From positions 1 through 41,686 of the IMG/VR virus record IMGVR_UViG_3300033565_000017: DNA of 41,686 bases. The stretch is one strand, 5' to 3'. The position numbers were made by a program, and so were the translations under genes. Shown here one piece after another: positions 1 through 6,619 of the stretch (position 1 is its first letter; every line of letters begins with the position of its first letter). Under the pieces are notes generated by a model. It was not told where the DNA came from and did no database searches. It was given only the letters and a program-made list of their open reading frames with translations. The stretch is from a virus. Lineage: Duplodnaviria > Caudoviricetes.

Positions 1-57
1 TGCCCCATTTGAGGATGCGGGCGGATGATTGGATGAGCGGGACGGCGGATTTGACGG
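1..57. repeat. Terminal overlap, left copy
   Basis: Bases 1-57 are identical to 41565-41621. Confidence 0.95.
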
Positions 58-424
58 CGGCGCCGAGCCGCCAGGTGTCGGGGTGGATGAGGGGATCGTC
101 GAGCTTTTCCCAGCAGAGATTCATCATGGCGAGCTTGGCCTCGGCGTCCTCGATGGTATAATCGATGATGCCTGCCTTGAGGCCGGTGCTGGTGAAGATC
201 AGGTCGTCGGTGTAGATCGTGCCGATCATGGTGGAAAAGCCGAGCTTGCGGGCTTTTAAAACGTCGTTGCAAAACCAGAGGTCATTGTAGAAGTCGCGCT
301 GGGGTTGGTTGGGGGTGAATTTCTCAAGTGCCCCATCGGCGTTGCGGATGGTGTAGATGGAATTCATGCGCCACTCACGGGAGGCGAGGGGCGAGTCTGC
401 CAGGAGTTTGGCAAGGGGGGTCAT
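1..424 (-). CDS. terL: Terminase large subunit, N-terminal part (joins 40366..41564 across the circular ends; about 540 aa in total)
   Basis: Manual translation from ATG 424 (ATGA overlap with the stop of 421..753) gives MTPLAKLLADSPLASREWRMNSIYTI...VLKARKLGFST (terminase Walker A). The frame continues into 41564 and matches ORF 40366..41496. Confidence 0.9.
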   Translation of the reverse strand, partial: MTPLAKLLADSPLASREWRMNSIYTIRNADGALEKFTPNQPQRDFYNDLWFCNDVLKARKLGFSTMIGTIYTDDLIFTSTGLKAGIIDYTIEDAEAKLAMMNLCWEKLDDPLIHPDTWRLGAAVKSAVPLIQSSARILKWG

Positions 425-753
425 CTGGCGATGGTGGAGCGGAGGCGGTCCATGATGCGGGTGGCGGAGATGGATGCGCCGGTACGGCCGTCCGGATGGC
501 GGAGGCGGTATTGATTGGCGCGGGTGCCCTGGAGGATGGTCCAGCGGCGGACGGTGCCGGTGCGGAAGTTGCGGATCTCGATGGAGCCGACGGGTGCGCC
601 AGGGCCGGAGGGCATGGCGCTGGCGAGTTCGGCGAGATATTCCGGGGTGATGCCGGCCATCCGGCGCTCCTGCTGTATCTGCTGGGATCGCTTTCCCATG
701 GAGCTGCATTTAAGACGCTTGCGGGTAAGCAGTTGTTTGCGGAAGTTTGGCAT
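421..753 (-). CDS. Hypothetical protein, 110 aa
   Basis: ORF coupled to terL by an ATGA overlap; starts just after the stop codon in the attI-like site. Confidence 0.65.
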   Translation of the reverse strand: MPNFRKQLLTRKRLKCSSMGKRSQQIQQERRMAGITPEYLAELASAMPSGPGAPVGSIEIRNFRTGTVRRWTILQGTRANQYRLRHPDGRTGASISATRIMDRLRSTIAR

Positions 754-758
754 GGTTC

Positions 759-777
759 CTATAACAACTTGTTATGC
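759..777 (+). other. attI-like simple site CTATAAC-AACTT-GTTATGC
   Basis: 7-5-7 inverted core geometry as in attI1 (CCCTAAA-ACAAA-GTTAGGC); sits at the left end of the array with no attC arms. Confidence 0.6.
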
Positions 778-1031
778 CGAGAAAATCCTTCGAGGAACAC
801 CGTCCGAAGTCCGGGCCATTCCTCTCCGTCGTAGTCGGAGAAGTAGGATTCCACCCGCTCCCATTCGTTCCCTTGGATGCGAACGGACCCGGAGTTGTCC
901 ACCTCCACGATCCGGTGAATGTTTCCGTGAGTGTCGTAGTTTTCCACGGCGTAGAAGCCTGGGCGCATGAATCGGGCAAGAATGGACGCTTTCGCGTTTT
1001 CGCTAGTCGGTTTTGGATCGGGAAGAGGCAT
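759..1031 (-). CDS. Cassette 1 hypothetical protein (MPLPDPKP..., about 90 aa; GTG 1106 is an alternative start)
   Basis: ORF 759..1106. The ATG at 1031 lies inside R'' of attC1 and the stop lies in the attI-like site. Confidence 0.6.
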   Translation of the reverse strand: MPLPDPKPTSENAKASILARFMRPGFYAVENYDTHGNIHRIVEVDNSGSVRIQGNEWERVESYFSDYDGEEWPGLRTVFLEGFSRHNKLL

Positions 1032-1120
1032 AACAAGTCGGTCGAGCCAAGCGGCGGAATGGGTCTGTTTGGTTTCAGTGAGTCGGTGAGCCCGCCGCTG
1101 GCTCACCTATTGCGTTCGGC
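1028..1120 (+). other. attC site 1
   Basis: R'' GCATAAC (complement of GTTATGC at 771); arms GAGCCAAGCGGCGG / CCGCCGCTGGCTC; R' GTTCGGC. Confidence 0.85.
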
Positions 1121-1428
1121 AGAGAATCAATCCGGCAGCGGACAGCATCGCGGAAACTTCCTGAGACGTTCGGGAACCAGCGTCCCATGATGTGGTGTCC
1201 GCGTCCTTGCGAGTTCCATGATGTGGCGAGGTAGTCCATCAGTTCGGAATCCTCTCTGACGTAGGCGAGATTTTCGCGGACTGTGTGAGCTTTCCCGCAT
1301 CCCTTGAACATCAGGCACGCGGCGTATGGGTGATACTCACCGGCTCGCACCTGCATTCCGCACTCCGCGCAAGCCGAACAAGTCGTGGCTGCGGCAACCG
1401 GCATTTCACTTTTCTTCGGCTTACTCAT
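1075..1428 (-). CDS. Cassette 2 Cys-rich hypothetical protein, 117 aa
   Basis: MSKPKK...CAECG...HPYAAC; starts in the attC2 loop and stops in the attC1 loop. Confidence 0.7.
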   Translation of the reverse strand: MSKPKKSEMPVAAATTCSACAECGMQVRAGEYHPYAACLMFKGCGKAHTVRENLAYVREDSELMDYLATSWNSQGRGHHIMGRWFPNVSGSFRDAVRCRIDSLPNAIGEPAAGSPTH

Positions 1429-1472
1429 TTTCGTTCCTTTCACTGCCGGTGGCAGCACTTGTATCGTTCTGC
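1373..1472 (+). other. attC site 2
   Basis: R'' GCCGAAC (complement of GTTCGGC at 1114); arms GCTGCGGCAACCGGCA / TGCCGGTGGCAGC; R' GTTCTGC. Confidence 0.85.
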
Positions 1473-1729
1473 GTATGAATTTTGGCGCGGAGTTCCTCGA
1501 TGTATTTCTTGTGGTCACACCGTCCAGCGTTCTTCCAGAGTTCCATCGCTTCAGCCTCGGTGACTTTCATCACGGTATGATCTGGTAGTTGCAGTTCTTT
1601 CCATCGGGCGGGAGTCGCGTCGAGATCGCAGGCATTGATAATGCCGCACACATCGCAGCGTCGAACCAACGCAGAACAAGTCGTGGCTGGAGCAACCGCT
1701 ACCAGCGGGGATGTCGGTTTTGTATTCAT
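1421..1729 (-). CDS. Cassette 3 hypothetical protein, 102 aa
   Basis: MNTKPTSPLVAVAPATTCSA...CDVCG; starts in the attC3 loop, stops in the attC2 loop overlapping the next start (ATGAGTAA). Confidence 0.7.
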   Translation of the reverse strand: MNTKPTSPLVAVAPATTCSALVRRCDVCGIINACDLDATPARWKELQLPDHTVMKVTEAEAMELWKNAGRCDHKKYIEELRAKIHTQNDTSAATGSERNENE

Positions 1730-1774
1730 GATCTTGGGGCGCTGGCATCGGTGCCAGCACATTTTTCGTTGTGC
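1671..1774 (+). other. attC site 3
   Basis: R'' GCAGAAC (complement of GTTCTGC at 1466); arms GCTGGAGCAACCG..CCAGCG / CGCTGG..CGGTGCCAGC; R' GTTGTGC. Confidence 0.85.
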
Positions 1775-2049
1775 AGAAATGGAAACGGCAGACGTTCGCC
1801 AGCGGGCGGCGCGTCGTGGAAAAGGAACCATTGCGCTCCGAGTATCGTGTGAGGCATCGGCCCGTGGATGCGGAGCGTCACGGTATTTTCCGCAATGTCT
1901 CCGCCGATCACATCAGCAATGACCAGCGGTCCCCACGATTTTACAGCATCCAAGTCAGAAGATGCACAACAAGGCGCGGATGGACAATCCCCACCAGTCT
2001 CCTGTTTATCGTCGTTTGTTGGCCATCCGAGGCCGTCTAGTCCGCTCAT
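1726..2049 (-). CDS. Cassette 4 hypothetical protein, 107 aa
   Basis: MSGLDGLGWP...; starts in the attC4 loop and stops in the attC3 loop with an ATGA overlap. Confidence 0.65.
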   Translation of the reverse strand: MSGLDGLGWPTNDDKQETGGDCPSAPCCASSDLDAVKSWGPLVIADVIGGDIAENTVTLRIHGPMPHTILGAQWFLFHDAPPAGERLPFPFLHNEKCAGTDASAPRS

Positions 2050-2097
2050 TGTATTGGGGTGGTTAGTGGTGGGGATGCCATCGCTTGTGCGTTCATC
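1964..2097 (+). other. attC site 4
   Basis: R'' GCACAAC (complement of GTTGTGC at 1768); arms GATGGACAATCCCCACCA / TGGTGGGGATGCCATC; R' GTTCATC. Confidence 0.85.
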
Positions 2098-2437
2098 CAA
2101 TAGATTTTGCGGGGAGTAGTTCCAGGTTGACCCAATGCACATGCTCAACTTTGGAGTATTCTACCTCCGCGTTGTCGATGATCGCTCGCAGCACGTCCCA
2201 CACGTTCTTGCCAGTTTCACAGGCTTGCACGTCGCCGAAGTAGGTATGGCCAGCCATCACGCCGTTCAGCGAGCGGACACCATTGGCGCTGACGATGAAC
2301 CGGCGTCCTTCAAGAGGCCATGGCGCTCCCGATTTAGCGGGGATTGGATTTTCCTTGGTCAGGCAGGCGGGGCAGTAAGGCGGATCGGTGACACTCACCA
2401 TTTGCTTTCCACAGTCAGGGCAGTGAATCTTTTCCAT
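2093..2437 (-). CDS. Cassette 5 zinc-ribbon protein (CPDC...CPAC), about 114 aa; an upstream start at 2530 is possible
   Basis: ORF 2093..2533; its TGA overlaps the core site. Confidence 0.7.
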   Translation of the reverse strand: MEKIHCPDCGKQMVSVTDPPYCPACLTKENPIPAKSGAPWPLEGRRFIVSANGVRSLNGVMAGHTYFGDVQACETGKNVWDVLRAIIDNAEVEYSKVEHVHWVNLELLPAKSIG

Positions 2438-2461
2438 AAGTTTGAGGGTAATTCGAAAGAG

Positions 2462-2547
2462 GATGAACAATCGGGTGGATGCGACGGCGGGAAGGCTGTC
2501 AGGGAAGCGGAGGTTCTGGGCGCCGCGCATCACCCGAAGCGTTCGAT
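2462..2547 (+). other. attC site 5
   Basis: R'' GATGAAC (complement of GTTCATC at 2091); arms TCGGGTGGATGCGACGGCG / CGCCGCGCATCACCCGA; R' GTTCGAT. Confidence 0.88.
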
Positions 2548-3326
2548 TTACTTAATTGGTCGTGGGGTTGCAGGAGATTCCATGCGAGGCGCACCACTGC
2601 CGGAATGTGTCCGTTGCCGGCGCATCGCAGTCGGTGTGCCCGATGGGCCAGCCCATGAACCATTCGGCCCACGCTGGGTTCAGATGCCCACCAGTCCATT
2701 CCTCGCCCGTCTTGCGGCCCATCTCCCGTTGCAGGACGGTTGTCAGAGACTCTTGCTTTCCCTTCGTCGCTCCCGTGCGATCCTGCCAGCCGTTCCTGGC
2801 TTCGTTCGCTGACAGTGTGGGCCAAGATCCACATGCGCTCTCTATCGTGGGGAGCGCCGGTGTGGCATCCGCCCACAACTCCCCACCGCGCATCATACCC
2901 CATCGAGGCAAGGTCTCCAGTGACTCGGGTTCCCCCGAGAACAGCAAGAGCTGGCGAGTTTTCCACGAATACGAAGCGTGGTCCCACTTCGCCAATGATG
3001 CGGGCCATCTCTTTCCAGAGTCCGCTTTTTGCGCCATCAAGTCCTTTGCCTGTCCCTGCCACGCTGATGTCTTGGCACGGGAATCCGCCAGTGATGATGT
3101 CCACCAGCCCACGCCATGGCTTTCCGTCGAAGGTTCGCACATCGTCCCAGATGGGGAAGGGATAGAGGCATCCGTCATCTTGTCGGGCCATGAGGACACG
3201 GCGGGCGTAGTCGTCATATTCGACGGCGCAGACAGTGCGCCAGCCGAGCAGCTTGCCGCCAAGAATGCCGCCTCCAGCGCCTGCGAATAGTGCCAGCTCA
3301 TTGAGTGTTTCGGGGTTGGTTGTCAT
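2499..3326 (-). CDS. Cassette 6 C5-cytosine DNA methyltransferase (alpha chain)
   Basis: Motifs I (LFAGAGG), IV (GGFPCQD), VI (ENSP), VIII (HDRERMWI) and X (GNG). Confidence 0.92.
   Translation of the reverse strand: MTTNPETLNELALFAGAGGGILGGKLLGWRTVCAVEYDDYARRVLMARQDDGCLYPFPIWDDVRTFDGKPWRGLVDIITGGFPCQDISVAGTGKGLDGAKSGLWKEMARIIGEVGPRFVFVENSPALAVLGGTRVTGDLASMGYDARWGVVGGCHTGAPHDRERMWILAHTVSERSQERLAGSHGSDEGKARVSDNRPATGDGPQDGRGMDWWASEPSVGRMVHGLAHRAHRLRCAGNGHIPAVVRLAWNLLQPHDQLSKSNASGDARRPEPPLP
2552..3301 (-). CDS. Overlapping alternative-frame ORF, putative methyltransferase beta chain carrying motif IX
   Basis: 249-aa open frame nested in the MTase gene, containing LNPAWAEWFMGWPIGHT (motif IX-like), which the alpha chain lacks. 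Confidence 0.6.
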   Translation of the reverse strand: MSWHYSQALEAAFLAASCSAGALSAPSNMTTTPAVSSWPDKMTDASIPSPSGTMCEPSTESHGVGWWTSSLADSRAKTSAWQGQAKDLMAQKADSGKRWPASLAKWDHASYSWKTRQLLLFSGEPESLETLPRWGMMRGGELWADATPALPTIESACGSWPTLSANEARNGWQDRTGATKGKQESLTTVLQREMGRKTGEEWTGGHLNPAWAEWFMGWPIGHTDCDAPATDTFRQWCASHGISCNPTTN

Positions 3327-3349
3327 TGGTCATCGTCGCAAAAAGAGAA

Positions 3350-3438
3350 ATCGAACAAGTTGGTGCTGGGAACGGCGGGGAACGCCTCAAGTTGATTCGG
3401 AGTCCTGGGGCCGCCGTCCCAGACCATCAGCGTTCATA
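3350..3438 (+). other. attC site 6 (last in the array)
   Basis: R'' ATCGAAC (AAATCGAAC pairs with GTTCGATTT at 2541); arms TGGTGCTGGGAACGGCGG / CCGCCGTCCCAGACCA; R' GTTCATA. Confidence 0.88.
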
Positions 3439-3670
3439 AAATCGTTGGAATGGTGACGGCACGGCGGCCTGGTGGGATGTAGAGACCATTGGGAAACCAT
3501 TGGCCTTTGGTGATGTTCTCCATGCGCCATGCGCGGCGGCAGGATGGGCATTGGTGTGTCCCGTTTGGCAGTTCGCCGGTGATGGTGGTGTGGCAGAAAT
3601 CCTCGAAGTCGGATTCATGGCCGCATTTTCCGCATTTTAGCAACATCATGGAATCTGGCAGGGTTTTCAT
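3434..3670 (-). CDS. Zinc-ribbon protein, 78 aa
   Basis: CGKC...CPSC; directly follows terS, and its stop overlaps the attC6 core. Confidence 0.75.
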   Translation of the reverse strand: MKTLPDSMMLLKCGKCGHESDFEDFCHTTITGELPNGTHQCPSCRRAWRMENITKGQWFPNGLYIPPGRRAVTIPTIL

Positions 3671-3672
3671 GG

Positions 3673-4170
3673 TTAAAGTTTCCCGGTTGGGAGTGGTGAG
3701 CGGGCGGAGAGGGAGGCGATGGCGGCGGCGAGTTCCTGGGTGGCGGCGGCGGCGGGGTCTTCGTGGGTGAGTTTGATGTCGATCTCGATGGCTTTAAAAG
3801 GGTCGTGCTTCTCAAGGCGGCGGTTGCTGCCGAGTTCGGACTCGCTGACGGCGTAGGATTTGATGAGGTCGGCGTCCTGGGCCTCGTTGGGATCGAGGGC
3901 GGTGATGGGGGTGCGGACGACCCTGGCGCAGAATTCGCGGATCTCCCTGACGGTGAGGCATGCCTCGGTGGCGGCGGCCTGGCGGACGGCGGCGATGTAG
4001 GCGGCGACATCGGCGCGGCGCATGACGCGGACGGCGTTGGATGCGGCGGTGGAGCGCTTGACCTTGAATCCGGCCTGGATGTAGGCGTCGGTGCCGGTGA
4101 GGCCTTTGAAGATGTGGAGGTCGGCGAAGCGCTGGTGTCTCGGATCTTTTGGTAATGGGATGTCGGGCAT
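3673..4170 (-). CDS. terS: Terminase small subunit
   Basis: HQRFA...GTDAYIQAGF...AASNAVRVMRRADVAAYI is the typical TerS N-terminal HTH pattern. Confidence 0.85.
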   Translation of the reverse strand: MPDIPLPKDPRHQRFADLHIFKGLTGTDAYIQAGFKVKRSTAASNAVRVMRRADVAAYIAAVRQAAATEACLTVREIREFCARVVRTPITALDPNEAQDADLIKSYAVSESELGSNRRLEKHDPFKAIEIDIKLTHEDPAAAATQELAAAIASLSARSPLPTGKL

Positions 4171-4188
4171 GGGATTGGGGAGTTGGCG

Positions 4189-4210
4189 GTGATCAGTGAT
4201 CAGTGATCAG
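4189..4210. repeat. Heptamer tandem repeat (GTGATCA)3, copy 1
   Basis: Intergenic, upstream of terS. Confidence 0.85.
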
Positions 4211-4224
4211 AGAGAAGAGGCTTT

Positions 4225-4644
4225 TCATGACAGGTTGGCTTCTGCGTAGCGTTTGGCGCGGCGGTTGATGTCGCGGAGCAGGGTGGCGGCCTCCGCGGTG
4301 AGGGTGACTCGGGCGAGGGTGCGGCCGGGGCTGTGGTCGTGGGCGGGGCTTTCCTGGTGGAAGAGATCGGGGAATTTCAGGAGGTGCTGGGAAACGGCGT
4401 TGAACGTCACGCCGAGGGCTGCGGCGAGGCTTGGCTTGATGGCGTGGCCATGGCGTACCTGGTCGCGGGCGACGGCGGTGAGCAGGGCGAAGAGGGGGTG
4501 GGATACCTGGTAGGAATTGATCGCGGCGGAGAGGCCGATGGCGTAGTTGGCGAGGTTGAGGCCCTTGCGCCGGAGGTGGAGACGGGCGGGCGGGGCCGGT
4601 GGGAGCCGGTCGATGATCTCCTGAAATTCGAGTTGGGCGATCAT
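4225..4644 (-). CDS. Winged-HTH DNA-binding protein (candidate late regulator)
   Basis: KPSLAAALGVTFNAVSQHL HTH-like segment; last gene before the packaging module. Confidence 0.6.
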   Translation of the reverse strand: MIAQLEFQEIIDRLPPAPPARLHLRRKGLNLANYAIGLSAAINSYQVSHPLFALLTAVARDQVRHGHAIKPSLAAALGVTFNAVSQHLLKFPDLFHQESPAHDHSPGRTLARVTLTAEAATLLRDINRRAKRYAEANLS

Positions 4645-5267
4645 GGGGCGTCCTTGGATTGCATGATGGAAAGCAGGCGCTTGAGGCCGGCGACGTCAAA
4701 TTCGGTGTTGGCGTAGAGCACGGCGAAGCTCTTGGAGCCGCGCTTGACGATCTGGTAGGATGCGGGTTGGGCCTTGACCACCTGGCCGTCCGCGGTGGCC
4801 TCGGCATGGCGGGAGGCAAGCCATGCTTTCTGGGCTGCCTGGCTGCGGACTTCCTTGGCCTGGAGGTTGAACACTTGTTCAGCCTGGTCGGCGGAGAGGT
4901 TGCGGAATGAGACCAGCAGGACGTCGGTGGCGTTGTCTCCGGTGGTGACCACCATTTCAAGCGGGGTATCAATGTAAACCTGCTGGAGCGAGTAAGGCAG
5001 GCGGGCGAGTTTGCGGGCGCCTGGGCAGTCGTCGAACAACAGCCGGTGGTGGAGGATGTGGCGGCCTACCATCTCGAACATGGTGAGGAAGCGCGGGGAG
5101 ATGGTGGGGAAGTTGGTGGCGATGAACTCGCGGGCGTGGGGTTGCTCGTCGAGGATGGAGACCAGCAGTTCCCCGGCCTCAAGCCAGGCGTCCATGCCTT
5201 TCTGGAAAAGGTTGGCGAATTGCTGGATGCGGGCGGTGATGGTGGCGTCTGGTTGGTATTGGTTCAT
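4641..5267 (-). CDS. Hypothetical protein, 208 aa
   Basis: ORF with ATGA overlaps at both ends and globular composition. Confidence 0.75.
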   Translation of the reverse strand: MNQYQPDATITARIQQFANLFQKGMDAWLEAGELLVSILDEQPHAREFIATNFPTISPRFLTMFEMVGRHILHHRLLFDDCPGARKLARLPYSLQQVYIDTPLEMVVTTGDNATDVLLVSFRNLSADQAEQVFNLQAKEVRSQAAQKAWLASRHAEATADGQVVKAQPASYQIVKRGSKSFAVLYANTEFDVAGLKRLLSIMQSKDAP

Positions 5268-5830
5268 GGTTTCTTGGGTGGTTTGGGTTGAAAGGCTTTC
5301 TGGATTTCCTCGGCGGTCAGGAACATCGAGGCGATGTCGAAGCAGGCTTTGATTGCTTTGAGGAAGGCGCGGCGTTTGGCCAATTTGGCTTTAACCTTTT
5401 CTGGGTTTTCGGATGCCCATTTGGCGGCTCGTGATTTTACTTTTTCCTTGTTTTTGGAGTAGCTTCTGACTTGGAGGCTTCTAACCTTTTCTGGGTTTTT
5501 GGCTCTCCATTTGGCAATACTGGCTTTAACCTTTTCTGGGTTTTCGACTCTCCATTTGGCATTATTGGCTGTCGATTTGGCATTATGGGCTTTAATTTTT
5601 TCTGGGTTTTCGACTCTCCATTTGGCAATACTGGCTTTAACCTTTTCTGGGTTTTCGACTCTCCATTTGGCATTATTGGCTTTAACCTTTGCCGGGTTTT
5701 TGGCTCTCCATTTGGCATTATTGGCTTTAACCTTTGCCGGGTTTTTGGCTCTCCATTTGGCGTCGTAAGCTCTTTGGCGTTTTCTCCACGCCCGTTCTTC
5801 CTCCGGGGTCATGTTCTTGGGCTTGCTCAT
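5264..5830 (-). CDS. Basic helical repeat protein (NPEKVKAxxAKWR repeats)
   Basis: 14-aa repeats; the stop overlaps the next ATG. Confidence 0.7.
   Translation of the reverse strand: MSKPKNMTPEEERAWRKRQRAYDAKWRAKNPAKVKANNAKWRAKNPAKVKANNAKWRVENPEKVKASIAKWRVENPEKIKAHNAKSTANNAKWRVENPEKVKASIAKWRAKNPEKVRSLQVRSYSKNKEKVKSRAAKWASENPEKVKAKLAKRRAFLKAIKACFDIASMFLTAEEIQKAFQPKPPKKP
5380..5765. repeat. 42-bp imperfect tandem repeats
   Basis: Unit resembles GGCTTTAACCTTTTCTGGGTTTTCGACTCTCCATTTGGCAAT; AT-rich relative to the genome. Confidence 0.9.
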
Positions 5831-5837
5831 GGTGGTT

Positions 5838-6575
5838 TCAGGCAGAGATTTGCAGAATCAACGTGCGGTCGAGCAGGCGGCCGATGATGGGGGAGGCGTT
5901 GATGGGGGAGATGAGTTGGCTGAATTCGTCCGGGTGGGCGTTGGATGAGAAGACCGTGGCGAGGCGGTTGGTCTTGCGGTGGTCGAGGAGGTCGAACATG
6001 AGGGCTTCGTAGGCGGCGGACCAGTCGCCCTGCTTGCCGAGGTCGTCGATGAATAGCCAGCCGGCGCGCTTGCACTCGCCGAAGTGTTCGCGGGCGGGGA
6101 TGGCGATGGCGTTCTCGCGGTGGTGCCGGTCCTGGCAGATTTCTTTCAGGCGGATCGCGGTGGTCCATTGAACGCGGATTCCGGCATGCATGGCTTGGGC
6201 GGCGAGCAGGGACATGCAGCGGGTCTTGCACTTGCCGGCGTGGCCGACGATGCCGAGCCAGAGGGAATCGGGGCCGGGGCGCCACTTGCGGACGGTGTTC
6301 CAGAGGGCGGAGTTGAATTCCGGGTGGCGGAGGTCGGTGTCGCGGATGTCCTCGGGGATCATCTCGGCGATGCGGTTGCGGACGGCGGCGCGGCGTTCGT
6401 CCTCGGCAAAGCGTTTTTCCTCGGCCTGGCGGGCGGATTCGCAGCCGTCGCAGATTCCGGAGATGTTGCCGTAGTCGAAGCCGGTGATGCTGTAGCAGGG
6501 CTGGTAGTGGTAGCGCTGGCCGCATGAGCGGCAGGTGGCTGGCGCGAAGTCCGGGGCGGCGGTGGCGGTGATCAT
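5838..6575 (-). CDS. DnaC/IstB-like ATPase (helicase loader)
   Basis: N-terminal CxxC..CxxC, Walker A GHAGKCKT, Walker B LFIDDLGK, C-terminal IIGRL; follows the initiator gene. Confidence 0.88.
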   Translation of the reverse strand: MITATAAPDFAPATCRSCGQRYHYQPCYSITGFDYGNISGICDGCESARQAEEKRFAEDERRAAVRNRIAEMIPEDIRDTDLRHPEFNSALWNTVRKWRPGPDSLWLGIVGHAGKCKTRCMSLLAAQAMHAGIRVQWTTAIRLKEICQDRHHRENAIAIPAREHFGECKRAGWLFIDDLGKQGDWSAAYEALMFDLLDHRKTNRLATVFSSNAHPDEFSQLISPINASPIIGRLLDRTLILQISA

Positions 6576-6577
6576 GA

Positions 6578-6605
6578 TTTTGAATTTTGGATGTTGAATT
6601 TTGAA
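6578..6605. repeat. Heptamer tandem repeat (TTTTGAA)4, imperfect
   Basis: TTTTGAA TTTTGGA TGTTGAA TTTTGAA, between the initiator and loader genes. Confidence 0.75.
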
Positions 6606-6619
6606 TGGAAGACGATGGC

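Larger units (their letters stand above)
759..3438 (+). mobile_element. Integron-type gene cassette array (attI-like site plus 6 cassettes, no intI)
   Basis: Six attC-like imperfect palindromes, each with an R'' box complementary to the GTT core at the start of the same cassette. Cassette bodies look lower in GC than the backbone. Confidence 0.88.

Noticed and set aside
774-3290. Plus-strand ORFs (e.g. 774..1190, 2135..2812, 2556..3290) as the true cassette genes in canonical orientation
   Set aside because: They are not bounded by the cassette limits and have no motifs, whereas the minus-strand ORFs carry clear motifs and coupled start/stop codons.
1028-3438. The hairpins as ordinary terminators or REP elements
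   Set aside because: No U-tracts, and the cassette-specific R''/core complementarity in six of six cases is not expected for terminators or REPs.
3432-4170. A seventh cassette after attC6
   Set aside because: I found no complementary TATGAAC box or attC hairpin downstream; the sequence runs into terS.
5380-5765. 42-bp repeats as a CRISPR array
   Set aside because: The units are contiguous and in frame in a coding sequence, with no unique spacers.
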